DNA of 28,387 nucleotides, taken from Kofleriaceae bacterium. Lineage in GTDB: Bacteria > Myxococcota_A > Polyangia > Haliangiales > Haliangiaceae. A model generated the notes under the pieces. That model was not told the origin of the DNA and did not search any database. It was given only the letters and a program-made list of their open reading frames with translations. Made by a program: the position numbers and the translations under genes. The DNA lies in assembly GCA_046597055.1 (NCBI GenBank), contig JBKJLC010000169.1:1-28387 (forward strand), written 5' to 3'. This document shows positions 1 to 9,141 of this stretch, in pieces (within the stretch, counting starts at the first letter, position 1; each line of letters begins with the position of its first letter).

Positions 1-1
1 C

Positions 2-907
<906 letters not shown>

Positions 908-947
908 TCAGTCCACGCAGGCCTGAACGGGCCTGTCGGATCGAACG

Positions 948-985
948 CGCACGGGCGGCCCGCCAGGCCGCCCGTGCGGCGTTTC
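948..985 (+). terminator. Stem-loop / probable intrinsic terminator after groEL
   Basis: Perfect 13-bp inverted repeat CGCACGGGCGGCC (948-960) / GGCCGCCCGTGCG (966-978) with a 5-nt loop, followed by GCGTTTC (short U-tract). Confidence 0.7.
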
Positions 986-1046
986 GGACGCGCACACCGG
1001 CGAAAGGCCGCGCTCGTGCCTCGGCGCACGTGCTAGGTACTAGGCG

Positions 1047-2288
1047 ATGGTCCCCGGCCTGCTCGACGGCGTCGCATGCCTGATCGTCGAGGACGATCTG
1101 GACAGCCGGGAGCTGTTCGCCGAGAGCCTCGAGCTGTACGGCGCGGCCGTCCGCACCGCCACTGGCGGCCATGACGCGCTCGCCGTTCTCGAGGCGTGGC
1201 AGCCCGACGTCGTGCTGTGCGACCTCGGGCTGCCCGACATGGATGGGTACACCTTGCTCGGCCTGGTCCGGGCCCGACCGGGCGGCGCCGGCATCGGCGC
1301 GATCGCGCTGACCGGCCACGGCCGCGAGGTCGACCGCGCGGCCTCGCTGGAGGCCGGCTTCGCGAAGCACCTGGTCAAGCCGTTCCGCATGGCCGACGTC
1401 GTCAGCGCGATCGACGCGGTCCGGCCCCCGAAGCCCAGCCCGCTCGACGCGCAGACCCAGGTGCGGTCGGTCCTGGCGCAGCTCGACGGCGCCTCGCCGT
1501 GCCGGTTCACGTCGCTGCTGCGGTTTGCCGAGGACGACACGCTGCTCAGCCTCTGGACCTACGATCGCGCGCACCCCGACGTCGATCCGTTCCCGCTGGG
1601 GCTGCCGGTCCACGCGTCGTACTGCGTGCTCGTCCGCGAGTCGGGAGAAGCCTGTGCGATCGAGGACGCGCAGGTGGATCCGCGGGCCGCGGCCCATCCC
1701 AAGCGCGACGAGCTCGCCTGCTACGTCGGCGCGCCCCTGTTCGGCCGTGATGGCGCGATGTTCGGGACCGTCTGCGTCTACGACGAGCATGCCCAGGTCA
1801 TCGCGCCCGAGGTCCGTCAGGCGGTCGAGGCGGCGGCCCGGCAGCTCGAGTCGCTGTTGTACGCGCTGTTCGACGACCCGGCGATCGTGGGCGGTCCCGG
1901 GCCGGCGCCGGTGGACGCATCCGGCGCACTCGCACCGACCCGCGCGCGCCCCGTGCTGCCGACGACGCTGCCGGTCGTTCCCCCCGCCGGGACGCCGCGG
2001 ACCGACGCGTGGACCGTCAAGGTGCGCATGGCCGCGTCGGGCCCCGGCTGGCGCTTCGCGGTGCGCTGGCGGTCGGCCGACGCAGCCTGGGCCACGATCG
2101 AGGCCACGGTCAGCGTGGCGGCGACGGCGACCCCGGTCGAGCTGTGGGCCGCGATCGTCGAGGCCGCCGAGCCCGAGCTCACCCTCCCGGCCCAGGCGCC
2201 CGCCGGCACGGGACCGGTCAACGCCGATGCCGGGGGCTGGTCGTGGGGCTGGCCGGCGCGGCCGCAGCGCTCGACGTCGGCCCCCTGA
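1047..2288 (+). CDS. Response-regulator receiver + GAF domain protein with a Pro-rich linker and an unrecognised C-terminal domain
   Basis: REC motifs LIVEDD, CDLGLPDMDG, ALTG, VKP. GAF motifs SYCVLV, YVGAPL, GTVCVYD. The C-terminal ~130 aa are unassigned. Confidence 0.85.
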   Translation: MVPGLLDGVACLIVEDDLDSRELFAESLELYGAAVRTATGGHDALAVLEAWQPDVVLCDLGLPDMDGYTLLGLVRARPGGAGIGAIALTGHGREVDRAASLEAGFAKHLVKPFRMADVVSAIDAVRPPKPSPLDAQTQVRSVLAQLDGASPCRFTSLLRFAEDDTLLSLWTYDRAHPDVDPFPLGLPVHASYCVLVRESGEACAIEDAQVDPRAAAHPKRDELACYVGAPLFGRDGAMFGTVCVYDEHAQVIAPEVRQAVEAAARQLESLLYALFDDPAIVGGPGPAPVDASGALAPTRARPVLPTTLPVVPPAGTPRTDAWTVKVRMAASGPGWRFAVRWRSADAAWATIEATVSVAATATPVELWAAIVEAAEPELTLPAQAPAGTGPVNADAGGWSWGWPARPQRSTSAP

Positions 2289-2336
2289 ATCGACCGGTCG
2301 ACGCGCACGCGCGATCGGCCGTGCTACCACCCCGAC

Positions 2337-3434
2337 GTGAACGCGCTCGCGGCGGCCATCGTCGCCCACTACCGCCGCCACCGGCGCGACCTGCCGTGGC
2401 GACGGACCCGGGACGCCTACGCGATCTGGGTGTCGGAGATCATGCTGCAGCAGACCCGGGTCGCGACCGTGATCCCGTACTGGGAGCGGTGGATGGCGAG
2501 GTTCCCGACGGTGGCGGCGCTGGCGGCGGCGCCGCTCGACGACGTGCTCGCCGCGTGGGCCGGGCTCGGCTACTACTCGCGCGCGCGTAACCTGCACCGG
2601 GGCGCGCAGTGGGTGGTCGCCCACGGCGGCCTGCCGCGCGGCGCCGCCGAGCTGCGCGCGGTGCCCGGCGTCGGCGCGTACACCGCCGGCGCGATCGCGT
2701 CGATCGCGTGGGGCGAGCGGGCGCCGCTGGTCGACGGCAACGTGGCCCGGGTGCTGGCGCGGGTGTTCGCGATCGAGGACGACGTGAGGACGACCGCGGG
2801 CCAGAAGCGGCTCTGGGCGCTCGCCGGCGAGCTGATGACCGCGCTCGCGCCGAGCACCGACCCGGGCGCGCTCAACCAGGGGTTGATGGAGCTGGGCGCC
2901 ACCGTGTGCACGCCGTCGTCGCCGACCTGCCTCACCTGTCCGATTGCCGGACAGTGTGCGGCGCGCGCCAGCGGGCGTCAGGACCAGCTACCGAGGCTGC
3001 CGGCGCGGCGCCGCGCGGACGAGCTGCCCGAGCTGGCCGCGGTCGCGCTGTGGATCGAGCGGCGCGGCCGCGTGGTGGTCGCGCGCCGGCCGGCGGCCGG
3101 GCTCTACGGCGGCCTGTGGGAGCTGCCGCAGGCCGACGACGCGCCCGCGGCCGCGCGTGCGGTCGGGGTGACGCTGACCGGTGCGCCCCGCCCGCTCGGT
3201 GAGCACCGCCAGACGCTGACCCACCGGCGCCTGCACCTGCGGCTGATGCGCGCGGCCGTCCGGGGGGTGCCGACGGTCGTGGCCGGCGACGGCTACCAGG
3301 CCGTGCAGTGGGTCGCGATCGCCGACCTGACCAGGCTCGGCGTCTCCAGCGCGACCGCCGCGCTGGCCCGGCTGGCCGGACCCGAGGCCGCGGTGCCGGC
3401 ACGAACGCTTGGCAAGCGGCGGCGTCCGGGATAA
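2337..3434 (+). CDS. mutY: A/G-specific adenine glycosylase MutY
   Basis: RDLPWRR, WVSEIMLQQTRV, WAGLGYYSRARNL, HhH motif PGVGAYTAGAI, VDGNVARV, [4Fe-4S] motif C-X6-C-X2-C-X5-C, and a C-terminal NUDIX-like domain (GLYGGLWELP). GTG start. Confidence 0.97.
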   Translation: MNALAAAIVAHYRRHRRDLPWRRTRDAYAIWVSEIMLQQTRVATVIPYWERWMARFPTVAALAAAPLDDVLAAWAGLGYYSRARNLHRGAQWVVAHGGLPRGAAELRAVPGVGAYTAGAIASIAWGERAPLVDGNVARVLARVFAIEDDVRTTAGQKRLWALAGELMTALAPSTDPGALNQGLMELGATVCTPSSPTCLTCPIAGQCAARASGRQDQLPRLPARRRADELPELAAVALWIERRGRVVVARRPAAGLYGGLWELPQADDAPAAARAVGVTLTGAPRPLGEHRQTLTHRRLHLRLMRAAVRGVPTVVAGDGYQAVQWVAIADLTRLGVSSATAALARLAGPEAAVPARTLGKRRRPG

Positions 3435-3443
3435 AGCTCGCCG

Positions 3444-4046
3444 ATGGATCTTGATCCCAAGGCACTCGAGCTGTTCCGCGCGGGATACGACAAGATCGTC
3501 GAGGGCCTCGCCGTCCTCGGCTACGACACGTCCGACGAGAACTTCGAGGGCACCGCGGCGCGCGCCGCGAAGGGCTTCCACGAGATGGTGCTGTCGAACC
3601 ACGGCGCGAAGACGGAGATCGCGGCGCTGCTGGCCAAGACCTTCCCGGCTCGCTACGGCGAGATGGTGATCTCGAAGCACAACACCGCGTTCGGCGTGTG
3701 CCCGCACCACCTGCTGCCGGTCGCGTACAAGATCTCGGTCGCGTACATCCCGACCCGCAAGGTGCTCGGGCTGTCGAAGATGTCGCGCCTGGTCCGGCTG
3801 ATGGCGCGCGGGCCGCGCCTGCAGGAAGAGCTGACCCACGAGCTGGCGGAGATCATGCACGGGCAGCTCGACAGCCAAGGGTCGGCCGTCTACATCGAGG
3901 GCCTGCACATGTGCATGGCGGCGCGTGGCGTCGGCGCCCACGAGGCGCGCCTGGTCACCAGCGCCGTGCGCGGCGTGTTCCTCGAGCTCGCGACCCGCGA
4001 GGAGTTCATCAAGCTGGTGACGACGCCCCAGACCGGCATCCTGTAG
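3444..4046 (+). CDS. folE: GTP cyclohydrolase I (type IA), divergent variant
   Basis: Zn-ligand motif CPHHLLP, VAYIP, VLGLSK, LQEELT, HMCMAARGV and TSAVRG. Confidence 0.92.
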   Translation: MDLDPKALELFRAGYDKIVEGLAVLGYDTSDENFEGTAARAAKGFHEMVLSNHGAKTEIAALLAKTFPARYGEMVISKHNTAFGVCPHHLLPVAYKISVAYIPTRKVLGLSKMSRLVRLMARGPRLQEELTHELAEIMHGQLDSQGSAVYIEGLHMCMAARGVGAHEARLVTSAVRGVFLELATREEFIKLVTTPQTGIL

Positions 4047-4048
4047 GC

Positions 4049-4068
4049 CCGCCGGCCGGAGCCGGCGG
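4049..4068. terminator. GC-rich hairpin between the convergent folE and porin-cytochrome genes
   Basis: CCGCCGGC-CGGA-GCCGGCGG, an 8-bp stem filling the ~22-bp gap. There is no U-tract, so terminator function is uncertain. Confidence 0.4.
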
Positions 4069-5166
4069 TCAGATCCGGTAGTGGAGCTGGAGCATGCTGA
4101 AGCCGGAGCGGTCGCCACCGCCGCCGAGGCCGATGAGCTGGAGGCGGCTCATCAAGATCAGCTCGACGTGCGAGTGCGGGAACCAGTGGACGTTGAGGTC
4201 GGCGGCGTCGCGGTCGAGCTTGGCGATCGCGAGGTCCGCGTCGAAGTGGCCGAGGCCGAGATCGACGAACAGGCCCGGGCGCACGAAGTAGGTGGCGAGC
4301 ACCTGGCCGACCAGCTGGGTGCGGCCGGGCGCGGCCATGACCTCGAAGCTCTGGCGCACGACCTGCGCCTCGGCCTGCAGGAGCAGGCCCGGCCCGTCGA
4401 GCCAGAGCTTGCCGGTCAGGCCGCCGTGGATGCGCGCGTCGTGGTCGGACTTGGCGTAGCGGGCCTCGGCCCCGATCGCGGCGCGACCCATCCGGCGCTC
4501 GAGGTAGGCGGCAGCGCCATCGCCCTTCTCGGCGCCGTCGACCAGCGCGTCGTGCAGGAACGCGGTGAGGTGGGCCTCGAACCCGGCCGACAACCAGCCG
4601 GCATTGACGCCGTAGGCCTCGGCGAACAACGGGGTGCCGCCGTGGCGGCGGTTGTAGAACGGGTGCTCGGCCTGGCGCAGGCCGAACACCGGCATGAAGC
4701 GACCGGCGCGCACGTAGGGGCCGTCGCCGCCGTCCTCGGGCTTCCACATGAGCCAGTGCTCGCGGAACCACGGCACCGGGCCGCCGTTCTCGGTCGCGAT
4801 GCCCGCGGTCGCGTAGGCGCTGACCGCGCCCCTGGCGACGTGGCCGTAGAGCTCGCTCTGCATGGGAAACGCGGCAAACGCGGGGCCGGCGCCGCGATCG
4901 TGGGGGCCGGCCGCGAGGCGGATATCGCCGCCGAGGTGGAGCCAGTCGGGCAGCTCGACGGCGCCGTGCAGGAACGACGGATCGCCGCCCCACTGGGATT
5001 CGTCCTCGGCGGTGAGCTCGCCCATGCCGGCGAGCAGGCCGCCACCGGCGGGCGCGACGTGACAGCTGGCGCAGGTCTGCTCGTGCGAGAGCTGATACTG
5101 CGGGTAGGCGTCGGCGACCCCGGCGGTCGCGGCCAGGACGCCGAGCGTGACCAGGACGGTCCGCAT
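4069..5166 (-). CDS. Cyc2-like outer-membrane monoheme cytochrome c / beta-barrel porin fusion (365 aa)
   Basis: The start is re-assigned to the ATG at 5166, which overlaps the upstream stop (TGATG). Sec signal MRTVLVTLGVLAATAGVADA (AxA), then YPQYQ...CASCH close to the mature N-terminus. Amphipathic beta-strands follow (YVRAGRFMPVFG, LFVDLGLGHF, LNVHWFP), ending in a beta-signal-like MLQLHYRI. Confidence 0.8.
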   Translation of the reverse strand: MRTVLVTLGVLAATAGVADAYPQYQLSHEQTCASCHVAPAGGGLLAGMGELTAEDESQWGGDPSFLHGAVELPDWLHLGGDIRLAAGPHDRGAGPAFAAFPMQSELYGHVARGAVSAYATAGIATENGGPVPWFREHWLMWKPEDGGDGPYVRAGRFMPVFGLRQAEHPFYNRRHGGTPLFAEAYGVNAGWLSAGFEAHLTAFLHDALVDGAEKGDGAAAYLERRMGRAAIGAEARYAKSDHDARIHGGLTGKLWLDGPGLLLQAEAQVVRQSFEVMAAPGRTQLVGQVLATYFVRPGLFVDLGLGHFDADLAIAKLDRDAADLNVHWFPHSHVELILMSRLQLIGLGGGGDRSGFSMLQLHYRI

Positions 5167-5555
5167 CAGTTGTTCTCCGCCCCGGCGGTCAGCCAGCGCG
5201 CGATCAGCGCGATGTCCGCGTCGGGCAGCGGCGCGTCGAGCGGCATCCGGGGGGTCCCCTCGTTCGTGTCCGAGGTGATGACGACGTACAGCGAAGACTG
5301 CTCCGGCTCGCCCTCGCAACCGGAGCTGGCGCAGGCCCCGAGCCGATTGTCGTCCAGCAGGGTCCGGTACGCGTCCTGCGGTGTGTCGAGGATCAGCGCC
5401 TCGGCGCGGTTCTGGGCGCTATGACAGGCCGCGGTCCCGCACGAGGGCTGCAGGATGGCAGTGGTGATGTACGCGAAGCTCACCGGGCGGTCGTCGGTCG
5501 TGACGCCGCACCCGCTGGCAGCGAGGAGGAGCAACAGTACGGCAACGTTCCTCAT
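5166..5555 (-). CDS. Lipoprotein c-type cytochrome with atypical CX4CH motif (planctomycete cytochrome c-like fold), 129 aa
   Basis: Start at ATG 5555. Lipobox LAASG-C, heme motif CGTAACH, PEQSSLY, candidate distal Met in RMP, and C-terminal LPDADIALIARWLTAGA typical of class I / PSCyt1-like cytochromes. Confidence 0.8.
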   Translation of the reverse strand: MRNVAVLLLLLAASGCGVTTDDRPVSFAYITTAILQPSCGTAACHSAQNRAEALILDTPQDAYRTLLDDNRLGACASSGCEGEPEQSSLYVVITSDTNEGTPRMPLDAPLPDADIALIARWLTAGAENN

Positions 5556-5563
5556 CGCCGGGG

Positions 5564-5569
5564 ACGGTA
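5564..5569 (-). promoter_or_regulatory. -10 element (TACCGT) of a probable leaderless promoter for the cytochrome operon
   Basis: TAnnnT hexamer 8 nt before ATG 5555. No Shine-Dalgarno. Confidence 0.5.
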
Positions 5570-5637
5570 CTCGAAGCGCGGGACCAGTACCACGCACTGC
5601 GGCGATGTGAACCAGCACACGCGCGGCGGGCAGCGAC

Positions 5638-5643
5638 TATCGT
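5638..5643 (+). promoter_or_regulatory. -10 element (TATCGT) of a probable leaderless promoter
   Basis: TAnnnT hexamer 6 nt before ATG 5650. Confidence 0.5.
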
Positions 5644-5649
5644 GGGGCG

Positions 5650-6051
5650 ATGGAACTGTTCCGCAAGTTCGCCCACAAGGCCTCCGAGGCGGTCGGCTCG
5701 GCCTACGCGTTCATGGCCGCGGTGACGTTGCTGGTGGCCTGGCTCGCCACCGGCCCGCTGTTCCATTTCTCCGACACCTGGCAGCTGTTCATCAACACGA
5801 CGACGACGATCATCACGTTCGTGATGGTGTTCCTCATTCAGAACGCCCAGAACCGCGACGGCCGTGGCATCCACCTCAAGCTCGACGAGCTGATCCGCGC
5901 GACCACCGGCGCGCGCAACAGCATGATCGACCTGAGCGCGCTGTCCGATCAGAAGCTGCGCGCGCTCGAGCGCCAGTACCAGCGGCTGTGCGACCTGCCC
6001 GACCACGAGGCGGAGGCCGAGAGCAAGACCCACCACGCCGTCCGGCTGTGA
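5650..6051 (+). CDS. Low-affinity iron permease family (Fet4-like) small membrane protein
   Basis: Family motifs GPLFHFSDTWQLFINTTTTIITFVMVFLIQNAQNRD and IHLKLDELIRA..GARN. Two hydrophobic segments. Confidence 0.9.
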   Translation: MELFRKFAHKASEAVGSAYAFMAAVTLLVAWLATGPLFHFSDTWQLFINTTTTIITFVMVFLIQNAQNRDGRGIHLKLDELIRATTGARNSMIDLSALSDQKLRALERQYQRLCDLPDHEAEAESKTHHAVRL

Positions 6052-6073
6052 GCGCCCCCGTAGCGCTCGCGGG

Positions 6074-7039
6074 TCAGTGCACCCCGCCCTGCATCGACGG
6101 GCTCCGGGGCGGGGGCGTCGGACTCCGCGGTGGCGGCGTGGCTTGCTCGACCCGACGCGCCGCGGCCTCCTCGTTGTGCTTGTCACCCGGCTGGGCCAGC
6201 TGGGCCGCGGCCGGATCCTCGTGCTTGCGCAGGTCGGCGACGACGTCGTTGATCTCGGCGCCGACCAGGAGCGCCAGGTTCGACAGCCACAGCCACAGCA
6301 AGAAGATGATCGCGCCGGCCAGGGTCCCGTAGGTCGCCTCGTAGTCGCCGAAGTTGTCGAGGAAGACCGCGAGGCCCTGGCTGATCAGCACCCACAGCAG
6401 CACGCCAGCGACCGCGCCGGGCGTGAACACCCTGAGCGGCGCGTCGGTGTCGGGCAGCAGCTTGTACATCATCGCCCACACCAGACAGATCAGCGCGCCG
6501 GCACCGACCCAGCGCCCGATCGCCCAGCCGACATCGAACACCGCGCCGAGCCCGAGCCGGTCGGCGATCGCGTGTCCGAGCGTGGGTCCCACCACCAGGA
6601 GCCCGAGCGCGACCACCATCAGGATCGCGACCCCGGCGGTGACGCCGATCGCGATCAGCTGCCGCTTCACGAACGAGCGGGTCTCCTTCTTCGCGTAGAC
6701 GCGGTTGAGCGCGTTGCCGAGCGCGGCGGCACCGCGCGAAGCACCCCACAGGGCGAGCACGGCGGCGAGCACCGCGAACCCGCCGCTGGCAGCCTCCTGC
6801 ATGCGTTGGATGTGCTCGTCGAGCAGGTTCGCGATCGCGGGCGGGAAGGTGCGGGCGCCCATCACCACCACCTCGTTGATCGCGTCCGGTGGCACCACCA
6901 GCAGCGCCACCGTCAGCACGAACACCAGCATCGGAAACAGCGCGAAGACTGCGTAGTAGGTCATCATCGCGGCGACGTCGGTGACGTCGTCGTCCATGAT
7001 CTCCTTGAAGAGGCGCTTCACGAACGCGCGGACCGGCAT
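6074..7039 (-). CDS. YihY/BrkB family inner-membrane protein
   Basis: AAMMTYYAVFALFP, LWGASRG, ALNRVY, YKLLPD, YEATYGTLAGAIIFLLWLWLS, GAEIN. About six TM segments. An alternative TTG start lies at 7072. Confidence 0.92.
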   Translation of the reverse strand: MPVRAFVKRLFKEIMDDDVTDVAAMMTYYAVFALFPMLVFVLTVALLVVPPDAINEVVVMGARTFPPAIANLLDEHIQRMQEAASGGFAVLAAVLALWGASRGAAALGNALNRVYAKKETRSFVKRQLIAIGVTAGVAILMVVALGLLVVGPTLGHAIADRLGLGAVFDVGWAIGRWVGAGALICLVWAMMYKLLPDTDAPLRVFTPGAVAGVLLWVLISQGLAVFLDNFGDYEATYGTLAGAIIFLLWLWLSNLALLVGAEINDVVADLRKHEDPAAAQLAQPGDKHNEEAAARRVEQATPPPRSPTPPPRSPSMQGGVH

Positions 7040-7115
7040 CCCCAAACCTACCCGCGGGCGAGCGACGGTCAAACGTGCGCGGACGCCACGGCGCCACGTC
7101 GATGTGCGCCGGCGC

Positions 7116-7121
7116 TACACT
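7116..7121 (+). promoter_or_regulatory. -10 element (TACACT) of a probable leaderless promoter
   Basis: Near-consensus hexamer 7 nt before ATG 7129. No SD. Confidence 0.55.
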
Positions 7122-7128
7122 GCCGCGC

Positions 7129-7716
7129 ATGAGGCTCTATGGCACCACCACGTCGCCGTTCGTTCGTCGGGTCCGCGTCGTCGCCGCCGAGGTCGGCGAG
7201 CCGATCGAGCTGATCAACACGGCAAGTGACGACGGCCAGGCCGCGCTGCGCGCGGTGTCGCCGATCTGGAAGGTGCCGGTGGCCGACGTCGGCGGCCGCA
7301 TCCTCTACGACTCGCGCGTGATCGTGGACTGGTTGACGACCGAGCACGGCTGGGGCGCGATGCGGGCGCCGACCGACCGCTGGCGCGAGGCCAACCTGGT
7401 GTCCGCGATCGACGGCGCGCTCGAGAGCGCAATCCAGGTCTTCTACCTGCGCCGCGAGAACCTCGACGTGATGCACCTGCCGTTCGGCCAGCGCCAGGTC
7501 GACCGGATCGCGGCGATCTTCGCGTGGGTGGTCACCGAGCTGGCCGACGCCGGCGACGGGCTCGGCCTGGCCGAGCTGTCGCTGCTGGCCACCCTCGACT
7601 GGATGGAGTTTCGGGACGTGTATCCGGTCGGCCGCCACGACTCGAGCTTCGGCGCCCTGCGCGCGGCCCATCGCGAGCGCCCGAGCCTGGCCGCGACCCG
7701 CCCGGCGGTCGCCTGA
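7129..7716 (+). CDS. Glutathione S-transferase family protein
   Basis: MRLYGTTTSPFVRRVR, SPIWKVP (cis-Pro loop), LYDSRVIVDWL, and C-terminal LGLAEL...RPSLAATRP. Confidence 0.9.
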   Translation: MRLYGTTTSPFVRRVRVVAAEVGEPIELINTASDDGQAALRAVSPIWKVPVADVGGRILYDSRVIVDWLTTEHGWGAMRAPTDRWREANLVSAIDGALESAIQVFYLRRENLDVMHLPFGQRQVDRIAAIFAWVVTELADAGDGLGLAELSLLATLDWMEFRDVYPVGRHDSSFGALRAAHRERPSLAATRPAVA

Positions 7717-7749
7717 ACCGAACGAAGCGGCCGCGGCGCGGCTCGCAGG

Positions 7750-8205
7750 CTACTCGGCGCCTAGGCTCGCCCCGAAGTGCGCGCCGCCTTCGCCGTCCCC
7801 GTCGAACATCAGCGTGCCCTCCTCGCCGTTCTCCACGACGCATTGGACGGCATCGATCAGCTCGATGCACACGCCTTGCGCGTAGACGCCGAGCTGGGTC
7901 GCGACGAACTCGACCAGCGCGCTGACCACGGCGGCGGTGGCAAAGTGCTTGCGCTTGAGCATCCCCGACGCGCAGTCGTGCCCGCGTTCGCGCCGAAACC
8001 AGAGCATGCCGACATCGGCGTACGGGTAGTAGGCGTCCCCGATATCGGGCGCTCGGTTGTCGGCGTACCCGATGCGGCAGACGATGGACGCCGCGCCGGT
8101 GGGCGACGCCTGGTCGCGCACGCACAGCGCGACCAGGGGGACCGCGGAGAGGGTGGTCGGAATCGGAATCGACCGCACGGCGTCGTTCTGGGTCGGTGAG
8201 CTCAT
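7750..8205 (-). CDS. Hypothetical protein (151 aa)
   Basis: Protein-like composition. It fills the gap between GST and the next gene and has TGA-TAGCCT (extended -10) 9 nt upstream of the ATG. No family recognised. Confidence 0.65.
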   Translation of the reverse strand: MSSPTQNDAVRSIPIPTTLSAVPLVALCVRDQASPTGAASIVCRIGYADNRAPDIGDAYYPYADVGMLWFRRERGHDCASGMLKRKHFATAAVVSALVEFVATQLGVYAQGVCIELIDAVQCVVENGEEGTLMFDGDGEGGAHFGASLGAE

Positions 8206-8274
8206 GACGCGCCGAGGCTATCACTGCGTACCAGGCCGCCGCCCGGCGTCCGCCACGAGCGTGCCCGCGCGCGG

Positions 8275-9141
8275 TCAGACCTTGGGCAGCAAGCGTCGGG
8301 CCGCGTCGCGCACCGCCGGCGCATACGCGGTCTGCAGCGGGACCAGCCGGAGCTCGTGCTTGGGCAGCGTGTTGAGGACCCGCGCGATCAGCTCGCCCGC
8401 CAGCCGCGGGTTGCTCAGCAGCGCGCGCCGGACCTCGGCGGTGCGCAGCCACGCCTGGTTGCCGACGATCGACTCGAGCAGCGGCGTCGGCAGGGTCGCC
8501 ATGCGCGCGATGCGGGCGACCTCGCGCGGGGTGATCCGCGGGTTGTGCAGGAGCCCCTCCCACACCCCCTTGCCCGCCATCCGCTCGAGCGCGACGCGCT
8601 CGTTGAGCTCGCCCTCGCGCGCGAGCTTGAGCTGCTGCGCGATCGGCAGCCCGCGCAGGCGCTCGAAGACGTTGCGCGGGACCTGCGCGGCGTCGTCGTC
8701 GGCCTCATCGGGCCCGGGCGGCTCGCCGGCCTTTGCGGCGGGACCCGGCGCGGCGGCGGTCCGGGTCGCCGGGCGGGTCGCCGGCAACCGGCGCAGGGTC
8801 AGGATCCGGGTGGTCGGCGCCTGGTCGAGCGCATCGGGCGCGACGTTCCTGGCGACCCAGGCCTCGAGCTGCTGCTTCATCTCCGCGCCGAAGCCGATCA
8901 GCTCGTAGCCAGTGCCCGCCGCGCCGCAGTAGACGGTCCGCGCCGGCAGCTCGAGCGGCACGCCGGCGGGACCGGCCAGCAAGATCGAGACGATCGCGCT
9001 GTCCTTGCCGCCAGGTGGCCCGAAGGCACCGCCGTGGCTCAGATGTTCTTTGTGATGACGCGTCACCGCGTCGGCGGTCGGCAGCTCGATCAGGACCAGG
9101 GCGGCGGGGGCGCGCGTCCGCCGCTTGCGACCCTGCGTCAT
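8275..9141 (-). CDS. Protein with a degenerate PilZ-like N-terminal domain and a C-terminal helical-repeat domain
   Basis: N-terminal RKRRTR and EHLSHGGAF resemble the PilZ RxxxR and D/NxSxxG motifs. The C-terminal part has repeated LLxNPR units ([17 protein letters not shown]). Start uncertain (GTG 9195 is an alternative). Confidence 0.7.
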   Translation of the reverse strand: MTQGRKRRTRAPAALVLIELPTADAVTRHHKEHLSHGGAFGPPGGKDSAIVSILLAGPAGVPLELPARTVYCGAAGTGYELIGFGAEMKQQLEAWVARNVAPDALDQAPTTRILTLRRLPATRPATRTAAAPGPAAKAGEPPGPDEADDDAAQVPRNVFERLRGLPIAQQLKLAREGELNERVALERMAGKGVWEGLLHNPRITPREVARIARMATLPTPLLESIVGNQAWLRTAEVRRALLSNPRLAGELIARVLNTLPKHELRLVPLQTAYAPAVRDAARRLLPKV

